Source of the DNA: a virus
IMG/VR virus record: IMGVR_UViG_3300025137_000016
Length of the DNA: 64,000 nt
Strand: one strand, 5' to 3'
The translations under genes and the position numbers were made by a program. Of the stretch, positions 30,574 to 40,282 are shown piece by piece. The stretch's first letter is position 1, and every line of letters starts with the position of its first letter. The notes beneath the pieces are model-generated. The model searched no databases, was not told the DNA's origin, and was given only the letters and a program-made list of their open reading frames with translations.

Positions 30574-31839
30574 ATGGATAGAAAATCATTAATGGAAAAA
30601 TGGTCACCGATCCTTAATCACGACGGAGTCGCTCCAATTACTGACAATTACAGAAAAGAAGTCACAGCTGTCTTACTTGAGAACCAGGAAACTGCAATCA
30701 AAGAAGAAAAGTCTGCGATGTTTGAAGCTGTTCATGTCAATGATGCTGCTGCTCTTCCTGATACAGGTGGTGTTGCTAAATTTGATCCAGTACTAATTTC
30801 ATTAGTACGAAGATCTGCTCCGCAAATGATCGCTTACGATATTTGTGGTGTACAACCTATGACTCAGCCAACTGGTCTTATTTTTGCTATGAAAGCAAGA
30901 TATGCGACTCAAGGTGGTACTGAAGCATTATTTAACGAAGCTGATTCAGACTTTTCTGGTACAGGTACGCATGCAGGATCTAATCCTGTAGACGGAACTT
31001 ACACGACTGGTACTGGTAAAGCTACTGCTGATGCAGAAGTTCTTGGAGACGGAACAACATTCAACGAAATGGCGTTCTCAATCGAAAAAACTTCAGTGAC
31101 AGCTAAGTCACGTGCTCTAAAAGCAGAGTACACAATAGAGCTTGCTCAAGATCTTAAATCAGTTCATGGTTTAGATGCTGAGGGAGAACTATCTAACATC
31201 TTATCTACTGAGATCTTAAGTGAAATCAACAGAGAAGTTATTAGAACTGTGTACAAAACTGCTAAAGCTGGTGCACAAACAGGTACTGCTACTGCGGGAA
31301 CTTTCGATCTAGATGTTGATGCATCTGGTAGATGGTCTGTTGAAAAATTCAAAGGTTTACTCTTTCAAATCGAAAGAGAAGCTAATGCGGTTGCTCAGCA
31401 AACTCGTAGAGGAAAAGCTAACTTCATCATCTGTTCTTCAGATGTTGCAAGTGCTCTAGCAATGGCTGGTGTACTAGACTACGCACCTGCTCTATCAACT
31501 AACCTAAATGTAGACGAAGCTTCTACTACCTTTGCTGGTGTTCTTTCTGGACGTTACAAAGTGTATGTAGATCCTTACACTGCAAATGGTGCTAACTCAC
31601 AATACTTTATTGTTGGTTATAAAGGAACGTCTGCATTTGATGCTGGCTTGTTCTATTGCCCATATGTACCTCTACAACTAGTTAGAGCAGTAGATCCTGC
31701 AACTTTCCAGCCTAAAATTGGATTTAAAACCAGATATGGTTTCACTTCAAATCCTTTCATACAGTTGGATGGCTCAGGCGATCTAGTTGCTAACGAGAAC
31801 TACTATTACAGACGAGTTAAAGTCACAAACTTAATGTAA
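30574..31839 (+). CDS. 23: Major capsid protein gp23
   Basis: DICGVQPMTQPTGLIFAM, SRALKAEYTIELAQDLK and QPKIGFKTRYG motifs. Confidence 0.99.
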   Translation: MDRKSLMEKWSPILNHDGVAPITDNYRKEVTAVLLENQETAIKEEKSAMFEAVHVNDAAALPDTGGVAKFDPVLISLVRRSAPQMIAYDICGVQPMTQPTGLIFAMKARYATQGGTEALFNEADSDFSGTGTHAGSNPVDGTYTTGTGKATADAEVLGDGTTFNEMAFSIEKTSVTAKSRALKAEYTIELAQDLKSVHGLDAEGELSNILSTEILSEINREVIRTVYKTAKAGAQTGTATAGTFDLDVDASGRWSVEKFKGLLFQIEREANAVAQQTRRGKANFIICSSDVASALAMAGVLDYAPALSTNLNVDEASTTFAGVLSGRYKVYVDPYTANGANSQYFIVGYKGTSAFDAGLFYCPYVPLQLVRAVDPATFQPKIGFKTRYGFTSNPFIQLDGSGDLVANENYYYRRVKVTNLM

Positions 31840-31860
31840 TAATTGTTTAAGTACAATCTT

Positions 31861-31892
31861 AAAGGGGGAGTCTTCGGGCTCCCCTTTTTTTT
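31861..31892 (+). terminator. Rho-independent terminator after gp23
   Basis: GGGGAGTC-TTCG-GGCTCCCC followed by T8. Confidence 0.93.
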
Positions 31893-32006
31893 GCTTTTAA
31901 TATAATCATATAACCCCATTCCCAATTTCAATTCTACTAAATATTTTCGGTGGTAATAAAAAATCATTTTTTTATAACCTTTTTTACACCCTTAATAGGA
32001 AAAACC

Positions 32007-32147
32007 ATGTCCACAGTTATTAACTTAACGAAGAGCATGGTGCGAAATACCAAAGCCCTCGCCAAATATCTAGCATTCATTGCTCTTCCTTTAGGATTCC
32101 CACTCGGTACTTTTGCAGTAATGCGATTGACATATATTGGATTCTAA
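32007..32147 (+). CDS. 46-aa single-TM micro-protein
   Basis: SD AGGA and ATG at 32007; MSTVINLTKSMVRNTKAL followed by a hydrophobic segment. Confidence 0.65.
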   Translation: MSTVINLTKSMVRNTKALAKYLAFIALPLGFPLGTFAVMRLTYIGF

Positions 32148-32181
32148 AACAACCAAATCTCACGAGGATGATGTCGACTTT

Positions 32182-32289
32182 ATGTTGGGCAATCCAATGT
32201 TCTGGATAGTATTCATACCATCCTGTGTTGCCATCATTCCTTCAACTCTATGTGCTGCAGCCATCTGGTATCTACAATATTATCACTAG
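32182..32289 (+). CDS. 35-aa hydrophobic micro-protein (not in ORF track)
   Basis: MLGNPMFWIVFIPSCVAIIPSTLCAAAIWYLQYYH; frame open back to TTG 32137. Confidence 0.5.
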   Translation: MLGNPMFWIVFIPSCVAIIPSTLCAAAIWYLQYYH

Positions 32290-32326
32290 TTAGTATATAA
32301 AAAGCCTAAATAGTCATGAGGATATT

Positions 32327-32470
32327 ATGATAACATGGTTGATTGGTCTATTTGAAAAATATGTTGATTGGTTTCAACTAACTTTTGAAATAGATTATTA
32401 TAAATTAATATTAATGGCTTTCCTAATGGGACTAGCTCTTGGCTTGCTCGCTCAAGGGATATTATTATGA
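32327..32470 (+). CDS. 47-aa membrane micro-protein (not in ORF track)
   Basis: SD GAGGA; CTAAATA at 32306; MITWLIGLFEKYVDWFQ...LGLLAQGILL. Confidence 0.6.
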   Translation: MITWLIGLFEKYVDWFQLTFEIDYYKLILMAFLMGLALGLLAQGILL

Positions 32471-32619
32471 AGAAAAGTTTACTACGAGATGTTGAGGGTT
32501 TGGATAATATTATAAAGAACACCTCTGACACACGCATTAAAGAAATGTGGAAATCGAAAAAAGATCTTAAAAAGAAAATAGAACAAAGAGAAGATGGAAG
32601 CGGAAGAACTACTAGCTAG
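32467..32619 (+). CDS. 50-aa basic micro-protein (not in ORF track)
   Basis: ATGA overlap with the previous ORF; ...DTRIKEMW... Confidence 0.55.
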   Translation: MKKSLLRDVEGLDNIIKNTSDTRIKEMWKSKKDLKKKIEQREDGSGRTTS

Positions 32620-32734
32620 AAGAATCGCAAAACTTGAACGAGTTCTAAAAGCTGCACAAGATAAAGGCTTTAAACAAATGTGGTCATCACATTTATTTCA
32701 TTTAAGACAATTACAAAAAAAGAGGGTTAATTAA
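32594..32734 (+). CDS. 46-aa micro-protein (not in ORF track)
   Basis: ...AAQDKGFKQMW...; TAATG overlap with gp3. Confidence 0.6.
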   Translation: MEAEELLARRIAKLERVLKAAQDKGFKQMWSSHLFHLRQLQKKRVN

Positions 32735-33264
32735 TGACAGCTTATTCAAATGCATTCCCAACTGACTTATCTCCATTAAATCCTAATGGGTTTACATTCA
32801 ATGTATCTAGACTACCAGATACAACTTTCTTTATTCAATCTGTTAATTTGCCTGGACTTAATCTAGGTGAGTTTATGCAAGCAAACCCATTAATTCAAAA
32901 CCCTATTCCTGGAGAGATGCTAACTTATCAGGATCTTTCAGTAGAATTCCAAGTAGATGCTAATATGATTAATTGGAAAGCTATACATGATTGGATGATT
33001 GGACTAGGATACCCAGAATCCCACAAACAATACCTATCTTATCTAACAGCAGATGAGAAAGCAAAGATATCCGAGATATCTCAAAACTACTCGGATGCCA
33101 CCCTTCAAGTTCTATCAGGACAAAATACACCTGTTAAGACCTTTACATTCGTAGATTGTTTCCCGACATCTCTAGACCCTATACAATTTGAGTCTAAAAT
33201 GCAGGATGTAATGATGGTTTCGGCACGTGCTACCTTCAAATTTGCATATTATCAAGTTTCCTAA
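32734..33264 (+). CDS. 3: Tail tube terminator gp3
   Basis: LNPNGFTF..SRLP..FFIQSVNLPG and SDATLQVL...FVDCFPTSL motifs. Confidence 0.88.
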   Translation: MTAYSNAFPTDLSPLNPNGFTFNVSRLPDTTFFIQSVNLPGLNLGEFMQANPLIQNPIPGEMLTYQDLSVEFQVDANMINWKAIHDWMIGLGYPESHKQYLSYLTADEKAKISEISQNYSDATLQVLSGQNTPVKTFTFVDCFPTSLDPIQFESKMQDVMMVSARATFKFAYYQVS

Positions 33265-33267
33265 TCC

Positions 33268-33296
33268 TTTACTTTTAAGTCTTTTTAGGCTAGAAT
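33268..33296 (+). promoter_or_regulatory. Sigma70-type early/middle promoter (uvsY)
   Basis: TTTACT-N17-TAGAAT; one of ten copies in the window with identical spacing. Confidence 0.8.
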
Positions 33297-33320
33297 AATG
33301 GTTTAGAGGAGTATATTATT

Positions 33321-33758
33321 ATGAATTTACAACAACTACAAGACGAATGGAAAGCTGATTCTATTATAGATGATGATCATTTAGACAAAGAAGCAGTACG
33401 CATTCCAAACTTACATCAGAAGTATTTAAAGTTTCTGATGGAATACAAATTAAAACTCACCAAACTAAGAGCTGAATTCCACCAACTTCGTAGATTAAAG
33501 ATTCGTTATTATAATGGCGAATTATCTAGAGAAGAATTGGCTGAACATAAATGGGATCAGTATCAAGGAATCAAACCAATTAAATCAGTACAAGATGACC
33601 TATTACATGGGGACAATGATTTAATATCAATAACAGTACGACTGTCTTATCTAGAAGATATGATTTATTGCTGTGAAAGTATTATGAAGTCAGTCTCTGG
33701 TAGAGGTTGGGATATTAAGAACTCAATTGAATGGAAAAAGTTTATTTCTGGTGCCTAA
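33321..33758 (+). CDS. uvsY: Recombination mediator UvsY
   Basis: WKADSIIDD, IPNLHQKY and RGWDIKNSIEWKKF motifs. Confidence 0.9.
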   Translation: MNLQQLQDEWKADSIIDDDHLDKEAVRIPNLHQKYLKFLMEYKLKLTKLRAEFHQLRRLKIRYYNGELSREELAEHKWDQYQGIKPIKSVQDDLLHGDNDLISITVRLSYLEDMIYCCESIMKSVSGRGWDIKNSIEWKKFISGA

Positions 33759-35235
33759 GATAACAATAGAAAAAGCGAGCAACATACATATTCGTTGCTT
33801 TTCAGATCCAGGAATCGAGCAGGAGTTATCTGACTATTTCACATATTCAGTTCCAGGTGCTCAGTTTACTCCACAGTTTAGATCTCGTCTATGGGATGGA
33901 AAAATACGACAGTATGATAGAATCCGACATACCTTATATCTTGGACTATACAAATATGTAGAAAGATTTGCAGTTGAAAGAGGGTATGAATTAGAAGTTA
34001 AGGATTTAATCCTCGTAGATCGCAAAATACCCTTTGAAGAGGTAGAAAACTGGGTAGAATCGCTAGAATTAGCCACTAAAGGCTCAAAGCTAACGATTAG
34101 GGAGTATCAAACTGAAGCTATACATAAAGCTCTAAATGATCAAAGAACGCTCCTAGTGAGTCCCACAGCGTCTGGAAAATCACTAATTATCTATTCTATT
34201 CTCCGATATCTGCTTGAACTGGATAAAAAGGCAATAATCATAGTTCCAACGACATCATTGGTGGAACAACTATATAAAGACTTCGAAGACTACTCAACAA
34301 TCAATGGTTGGGAAGTAAATAAGAATGTACAGAAACTATATTCTGGATTTACAAAAGATATTTCACATCAAGTTTTAATTACTACTTGGCAATCAGTTTA
34401 TAAACAACCAAGACAATGGTTCTCTCAATTTGATGTATGCTTTGGTGATGAAGCACACCAATTTAAAGCTAAGTCCCTCACATCGTGTATGGACAAATTA
34501 TATAACTGCGATTATAGAATAGGTACGACTGGTACGATTGATGGAAAGAAAGTTCATAAGCTAGTATTAGAAGGTGTATTTGGACCTGTGTTTTCTGTGA
34601 CCACAACTAAGCAACTGATGGAAGATAAGAAAGTTGCTGAATTAGATATTACTTGTTTATTATTAAAATATGATGATGCAGATAGAATGGGCAGAAAAGG
34701 TAATAAGTATTCTGATGAAATGGATTTCTTAGTCACTAATGATGCTAGAAATAAATTTATAGTAAACTTGGCAAAATCATTAAAGGGTAATACACTGGTA
34801 TTATATCAGTTTGTTCAGAAACATGGAATACCATTATACGAAGACCTAAATAAAAAGGTAGAAGGGCAAAAAGATGTTTGGTTCGTATCTGGCGATACTG
34901 TAGTTAAGGATAGAGAAAAAGTTAGAGAGATAGCTGGAGATAATGACAACAATATTATAGTTGCTTCCTTTGGTACATTCTCAACTGGAATTAATATTCC
35001 ATCTATCGAAAACATTATATTCGCATCTCCTAGTAAAAGTAAGATTAGAAACTTACAATCTATTGGAAGAGGACTAAGACTAAAAGACGGAAAAGAAAGT
35101 TGCAGTCTTTATGATATCGCTGACGACTTATCTTGGAAATCATGGAAGAATCATACTATTAAACATTTCTCAGAAAGACTCTCAATATATTCTGAAGAGA
35201 AATTTAACTACAAGATTGTAGAGGTAAACATATGA
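33751..35235 (+). CDS. uvsW: SF2 DNA/RNA helicase UvsW
   Basis: WDGKIR, SPTASGKS, DEAH and QSIGRGLR motifs; probable GTG start at 33751. Confidence 0.95.
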   Translation: MPKITIEKASNIHIRCFSDPGIEQELSDYFTYSVPGAQFTPQFRSRLWDGKIRQYDRIRHTLYLGLYKYVERFAVERGYELEVKDLILVDRKIPFEEVENWVESLELATKGSKLTIREYQTEAIHKALNDQRTLLVSPTASGKSLIIYSILRYLLELDKKAIIIVPTTSLVEQLYKDFEDYSTINGWEVNKNVQKLYSGFTKDISHQVLITTWQSVYKQPRQWFSQFDVCFGDEAHQFKAKSLTSCMDKLYNCDYRIGTTGTIDGKKVHKLVLEGVFGPVFSVTTTKQLMEDKKVAELDITCLLLKYDDADRMGRKGNKYSDEMDFLVTNDARNKFIVNLAKSLKGNTLVLYQFVQKHGIPLYEDLNKKVEGQKDVWFVSGDTVVKDREKVREIAGDNDNNIIVASFGTFSTGINIPSIENIIFASPSKSKIRNLQSIGRGLRLKDGKESCSLYDIADDLSWKSWKNHTIKHFSERLSIYSEEKFNYKIVEVNI

Positions 35236-35714
35236 GAGAAGAACTCATTAAGGAAGATGATCAGTTCGTAATTATGAAACTATCGACAGGGGAAACTCTA
35301 GTCGCTACTATGCGACACGCAGATGATGCAACCATATCTGTCGAATATCCATTTGAATTAAAAATTATACACGAAAGACGCAAGGATCAAGTAGTTGATG
35401 TGACTGCTGCTGCACCTTTCTGTGGATTTGCTGAAGATCGTAAATTTACTTTCAAAAAAAGAGATATAATGTTTACCAAAGAATTACATACTTATTCAAT
35501 ACCATTTTATATTGAATTGGTTGAGGAATACGAAAAACTAATAGATGTCCCTGTTCCTAAAAAGAAACTATCAGAAACACAAGAAGTTCTTAGAGCTACT
35601 GCCGAGCAAATGGCAAAAAGAAGTAGAGAGATACTTGGCGATGATAGATTCGAGGAAACAAGTGATATGCTTGAATATCTATTAGGCGATACAAAGAAGG
35701 ATACAATACATTGA
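35232..35714 (+). CDS. Conserved hypothetical protein (Sm-like KLSTGE N-terminus)
   Basis: Typical ORF between uvsW and gp55. Confidence 0.75.
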   Translation: MREELIKEDDQFVIMKLSTGETLVATMRHADDATISVEYPFELKIIHERRKDQVVDVTAAAPFCGFAEDRKFTFKKRDIMFTKELHTYSIPFYIELVEEYEKLIDVPVPKKKLSETQEVLRATAEQMAKRSREILGDDRFEETSDMLEYLLGDTKKDTIH

Positions 35715-36016
35715 TCAGTATAACCACTCCAGCAAAAGAATATATGCAGGCTAGACTTGAGAAGTCTGGTATGAAGTATGCACGAATCGCTCTAAAGGGT
35801 GGAGGATGTGCTGGGTTTACTTATAAGTGGGAAGAAACTAATGATGTTGAAGATGGTACTCTTATCGAAGATATAATTATAGTAGATAAAACTGCTGAGT
35901 TGTATATCTTAGGATCGGAGATTGATTATAAAGAGGATTTCGCTGGTTCGCATATTGAGATTATAAATCCCAATGCTACTGGGTCTTGTGGTTGTGGTGA
36001 AAGTGTTGGATTCTAA
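35711..36016 (+). CDS. iscA: A-type Fe-S cluster carrier (IscA/SufA/ErpA family)
   Basis: GGGCAG and NPNATGSCGCGES motifs. Confidence 0.92.
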   Translation: MISITTPAKEYMQARLEKSGMKYARIALKGGGCAGFTYKWEETNDVEDGTLIEDIIIVDKTAELYILGSEIDYKEDFAGSHIEIINPNATGSCGCGESVGF

Positions 36017-36058
36017 TCTGTATACTTTACTCTTAATCCTTAACCCCTAACACCCTTG

Positions 36059-36087
36059 ATATTACTCTTCAAAAACTTAAAAGTAAA
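36059..36087 (-). promoter_or_regulatory. Divergent (antisense) sigma70-type promoter
   Basis: Minus strand reads TTTACT-TTTAAGTTTTTGAAGAG-TAATAT, matching the window consensus including the spacer start. Confidence 0.75.
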
Positions 36088-36114
36088 GCCCGAATTAAAA
36101 ATAAATTTATATAG

Positions 36115-36143
36115 TTTACTTTTAACTTTTTTTTATATAATAT
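36115..36143 (+). promoter_or_regulatory. Sigma70-type promoter (gp55-gp47-gp46)
   Basis: TTTACT-N17-TAATAT. Confidence 0.75.
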
Positions 36144-36167
36144 AATGATAATGAATGGAGTAATTAC

Positions 36168-36725
36168 ATGACAGTCCCTAAGGAAAAAAAGAAGCCTAGA
36201 CATTATGTTGATAATAAGATGTTTCTACAAGCATTGAAAGATTTTAAAGAAGCATGTGTTAAAGCTGAAAAAGCAAAAGAAGAACGACCAAGAATCCCTG
36301 AGTATATTGGAGAATGTTTATTAAAGATTGGTACACACCTTTCATATAAACCAAACTTCATCAACTATACTTATCGGGAAGATATGATATTAGATGGTGT
36401 TGAGAATTGTATTCAATATATACATAACTTTGATCCTGATAAATCTGCAAACCCTTTCTCATACTTTACACAAATTATTTTTTATGCTTTCTTACGAAGA
36501 ATTAAGAAAGAGAAGAAACAAACTTATGTAAAACAAAAACTCATAGCTGAAATGGATGTTGATGCATTCATGCAAGCAGGTGAAGATGGTGAAGGCACTA
36601 ACGCATATATTGAATTTATGAAAAAGAATCAAGTCCTTGATCCTTACTTTGAAGCCAAAGAGAAAAAGAAGAAAGAAAAAAAGTCCACACCCATCTCTGA
36701 TGCGTTGGACGATGTGAATGAGTAA
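36168..36725 (+). CDS. 55: Late-transcription sigma factor gp55
   Basis: HYVDNK, PNFINYTYREDMILDG and NPFSYFTQIIFYAFLRRIKKEKKQ motifs. Confidence 0.95.
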   Translation: MTVPKEKKKPRHYVDNKMFLQALKDFKEACVKAEKAKEERPRIPEYIGECLLKIGTHLSYKPNFINYTYREDMILDGVENCIQYIHNFDPDKSANPFSYFTQIIFYAFLRRIKKEKKQTYVKQKLIAEMDVDAFMQAGEDGEGTNAYIEFMKKNQVLDPYFEAKEKKKKEKKSTPISDALDDVNE

Positions 36726-37785
36726 AGTTGCTATTATTACAGATCTACACTTTGGTGCTAGAGGTGATGCCACTACCTTTGTAGATTACATGGATAAATT
36801 CTATACTGATACATTCTTTCCTACTTGTAAGGAAAGGAATATTGATACTGTATTAAATCTCGGTGATACATTTGATCGTCGAAAGTATATTAATTATCAC
36901 ACCCTAAAAAGATCAAGAGAATTCTTTTTTGATCCACTCCATAAAAACAATATGGTCATGAAAATGTTGGCAGGGAACCATGACACTTATTATAAGAACA
37001 CCAACGATACTAATTCTATAGACTTACTATTAAATGATTATGATAATATTGAAACTATTACTGAAGCACGTGATATTAAAGTTTATGATCGTACTATCTT
37101 TATGCTACCATGGATCTGCACTGACAACTATCAAGATAGCATGGATAGAATGGCTAAGTCCGAAGCAGAAATATGTATGGGGCATTTAGAGATAGATGGC
37201 TTCGTTATGCATAGAGGTATCAAATCACATGGTGGTTTAAATAGAGAACGATTTAATAAATTCGCATTAGTTTATAGTGGGCACTACCATCATAAATCTA
37301 ATGATGGACATGTATATTATCTTGGCAATCCATACGAATTAACTTGGGCAGACTATAAAGACCCTCGAGGGTTTCATATATGGGACACTGAGACCATGGA
37401 ACTAGAGTTTATAGAGAACCCTTATACCATGTTTGAAAGAGTTGAATATGATGATGCAAACTACTCCTATGATGATTTTGATGCTACTATTATGGCTGAG
37501 AAGTATGTTAAAGTGATTGTTGCTAATAAAACTGACTTTAATAAGTTTGACAAGTTTTTAAAAGGTATATACAAACAAAGCCCACATGATGTTAAGATTA
37601 TTGAAGATTTTAATGAATTTAAAGATGGTGCAATAGATGAAGAATTAAATCTAGAAGATACTATGAATATATTAACAACTTATGTTGATAGTGTAGAAAC
37701 TACAGTTGATAAGGAAAAGGTCAAAGGATTCCTTAAAGGATTATATGCTGAAGCACAAACCCATGAGAGTGAAACTGCTGAATGA
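36718..37785 (+). CDS. 47: Recombination nuclease gp47 (Mre11-like)
   Basis: TDLHFG, GDTFDRRK, GNHD and SGHYH motifs. Confidence 0.95.
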   Translation: MSKVAIITDLHFGARGDATTFVDYMDKFYTDTFFPTCKERNIDTVLNLGDTFDRRKYINYHTLKRSREFFFDPLHKNNMVMKMLAGNHDTYYKNTNDTNSIDLLLNDYDNIETITEARDIKVYDRTIFMLPWICTDNYQDSMDRMAKSEAEICMGHLEIDGFVMHRGIKSHGGLNRERFNKFALVYSGHYHHKSNDGHVYYLGNPYELTWADYKDPRGFHIWDTETMELEFIENPYTMFERVEYDDANYSYDDFDATIMAEKYVKVIVANKTDFNKFDKFLKGIYKQSPHDVKIIEDFNEFKDGAIDEELNLEDTMNILTTYVDSVETTVDKEKVKGFLKGLYAEAQTHESETAE

Positions 37786-39503
37786 TTACATTTGAGAAGA
37801 TTAAGTGGAGGAATCTACTTAGTACTGGTAATGCTTGGACGGAAGTAGATCTTAATCGTTCTACTACTACATTAATTGTTGGAAAGAATGGTGAGGGTAA
37901 ATCTACCATCCTTGATGCTTTGATGTTTTCATTATATGGTCGTCCCTTTCGTAAAGTTAAAAAGGATCAGCTTGTCAATAGTATTAATGGTAAAAACCTA
38001 GAAGTTGAAATAGAATTTAATGTAGGTGGAAAACATTATAAAGTATTGCGAGGTGCCAAACCTAATAAGCTAGAAATATTTGCTGATGGATTAAAGTTAG
38101 ATTCTTTTGCAAGTAATGCTGATACTCAAACATATTTACAAACACAAATTATTGGCTTTGCCTGGAGAACTTTCAGTAAGATGGTTATTCTAGGATCAGC
38201 GAGTTATCAACCTTTTATGCAAATAGGTGGTTGGAATAGACGACAAGTTATTGAAGACATATTAGATATTCGTATTTTTAGTACGATGAATGAATTACTT
38301 ACTGAACGAATTAAAATAACCAAAGAGCAATTAACAACAGCAAGTAATAGAATAGAAGTATGTAAAACAAGTGTAGATGCTCAAAAAGAATTACTTGACG
38401 CATTAAGTAGTGTTAAACAAGATGCCATTGATAAAATAGTTTCTAAGATTGCTGCAAATGAAGAAGAGACAAACGATATATCTAAACAAATAGAAACAGC
38501 CATGGCATCAGTTGAAGAACTTAGTAAGTCTATCAATGATACAGACCAAGTTAATAAAGATCTAGAAGATGCTAAGAAACTGTTGGCTGGTTATGATAAT
38601 AAGAAAGTTGGTATCAGTAAAGATATTGCTTTTTTTGAAACTAATGATGTATGCCCACAATGTGAACAAGGTATAGAACACGATCATAAGAATAATATTC
38701 TTACTAGTTTAAATGATAAGCTAGGCAAAGCCAGTGGGAACTTAACTTCTTTATCCCAAGCTCTACAAAAACTAAATAAACGATACGAGGAGATTGCGTC
38801 TACCAATAAGACTATAATGGGCAAAAACTCAGAAGTAAGTGCTCTCAACCAATCACTCAACCTTATCACAAAACAGAATAAGGAACTAGTAGACGAACAA
38901 TCGAACCTAAATATCGATGACGATAATGTTAAGAATCAGAAACTAAAGCTGAAAGAACTTGCTAGTTCTGCAGTTGAAGCAGTTGAGGAAAAAACTACTA
39001 TTGAAGAACAAAAACAAATCGAAGATGTATCTAAAACACTTCTTGCTGATACTGGGATTAAGACAGAAATTATTCGCCAGTACTTGCCTATCATTAACAA
39101 ACTCATTAATAAATATCTACAAGCGATGGACTTCTTCGTTCACTTTGAACTTGATGAAGACTTCAATGAAACGATTCGTTCTAGATATCGTGATGAGTTC
39201 ACCTATGATAGTTTCTCAGAGGGGGAAAAGTTGAGGATAGATCTAGCAATATTATTTACTTGGCGACAAATCGCTAAAATGAAGAACTCGGTAAATACCA
39301 ATCTGTTATTATTAGATGAAATCTTTGATAGCAGTATGGATACCAATGGTACTGACTTGTTCCTACAAGTTTTAAATGAAATAGGTGAAGGAACAAATGT
39401 TTTCGTCATATCTCATAAAGGGGATCAGCTCTTTGATAAATTTAGATCAGTTATTAAATTTGTTAAGAAGAATGATTTTTCATCAATACAAATCGGAGGA
39501 TAA
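37782..39503 (+). CDS. 46: Recombination ATPase gp46 (Rad50-like)
   Basis: GKNGEGKS, CPQC hook, FSEGEK signature and LDEIFDS. Confidence 0.96.
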   Translation: MITFEKIKWRNLLSTGNAWTEVDLNRSTTTLIVGKNGEGKSTILDALMFSLYGRPFRKVKKDQLVNSINGKNLEVEIEFNVGGKHYKVLRGAKPNKLEIFADGLKLDSFASNADTQTYLQTQIIGFAWRTFSKMVILGSASYQPFMQIGGWNRRQVIEDILDIRIFSTMNELLTERIKITKEQLTTASNRIEVCKTSVDAQKELLDALSSVKQDAIDKIVSKIAANEEETNDISKQIETAMASVEELSKSINDTDQVNKDLEDAKKLLAGYDNKKVGISKDIAFFETNDVCPQCEQGIEHDHKNNILTSLNDKLGKASGNLTSLSQALQKLNKRYEEIASTNKTIMGKNSEVSALNQSLNLITKQNKELVDEQSNLNIDDDNVKNQKLKLKELASSAVEAVEEKTTIEEQKQIEDVSKTLLADTGIKTEIIRQYLPIINKLINKYLQAMDFFVHFELDEDFNETIRSRYRDEFTYDSFSEGEKLRIDLAILFTWRQIAKMKNSVNTNLLLLDEIFDSSMDTNGTDLFLQVLNEIGEGTNVFVISHKGDQLFDKFRSVIKFVKKNDFSSIQIGG

Positions 39504-39506
39504 TTC

Positions 39507-39686
39507 ATGAACGCACAAGCACACCTAATGGAACAATATAATAAACTAAATTATGAACATCAAGAAATACATAAAGAAGTTGAGAAATATAAATTCGATA
39601 CAACACAATTAAAGGAACTGAAGCATAAGAAGTTAGTCATTAAAGATAAACTCGCAGAAGTTTCGGAGCAATTAGGGATAAGCTAA
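39507..39686 (+). CDS. DUF465/YdcH-like small coiled-coil protein (not in ORF track)
   Basis: SD GGAGGA; L..EH..I..EV...LKELKHKKLVIKDKL pattern. Confidence 0.7.
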   Translation: MNAQAHLMEQYNKLNYEHQEIHKEVEKYKFDTTQLKELKHKKLVIKDKLAEVSEQLGIS

Positions 39687-39687
39687 A

Positions 39688-40260
39688 ATGAACATATTAG
39701 ATAATGCAAAGGGTGAATTAATATCGTGGGACGATCCTCTACTTACTAGTCCCCAAGAAGAATGGGACTTTAAAAAGTATCCATTAGAAGAAGCAGCAAA
39801 ACTTGGACTCCTATTAATAGAAACATCTAAAAAATTAAACGGAGCAGGATTATCAGCGAACCAAATAGGTCTACCCTATAAAGTGTTCGTGCTAACTGCT
39901 GAGGAAACTTTCGACCTGCCATCAATGGCACTATTCAATCCAGAGATTTTAGAATCATCTGAAGATACCAATATAATGACGGAGGGATGTTTATCCCGAC
40001 CCAATCTTTGGCTACTGGTTAAAAGACCAACAGTCATAAAAGTAAAATATCAAACATTTAAAGGTGAAGAAATCAAAACTACATTAAATGGTTATCTCTC
40101 TCGTGTGTTCCAACATGAGTATGACCATATGCTAGGAATTGATTTTACACAACGAGTTTCAAGAGAGAAATTAAAACGAGCAATTAAGAAACAGAAGAAG
40201 GATGCCAAAAGAGGTAGAACCACTTCAATTCTTCGTGGGAATTTTACAGACTCTCTATAA
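39688..40260 (+). CDS. def: Peptide deformylase
   Basis: GAGLSANQIG, EGCLS and QHEYDH motifs. Confidence 0.95.
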   Translation: MNILDNAKGELISWDDPLLTSPQEEWDFKKYPLEEAAKLGLLLIETSKKLNGAGLSANQIGLPYKVFVLTAEETFDLPSMALFNPEILESSEDTNIMTEGCLSRPNLWLLVKRPTVIKVKYQTFKGEEIKTTLNGYLSRVFQHEYDHMLGIDFTQRVSREKLKRAIKKQKKDAKRGRTTSILRGNFTDSL

Positions 40261-40282
40261 CTATAACAAACTTTGAAGACCT

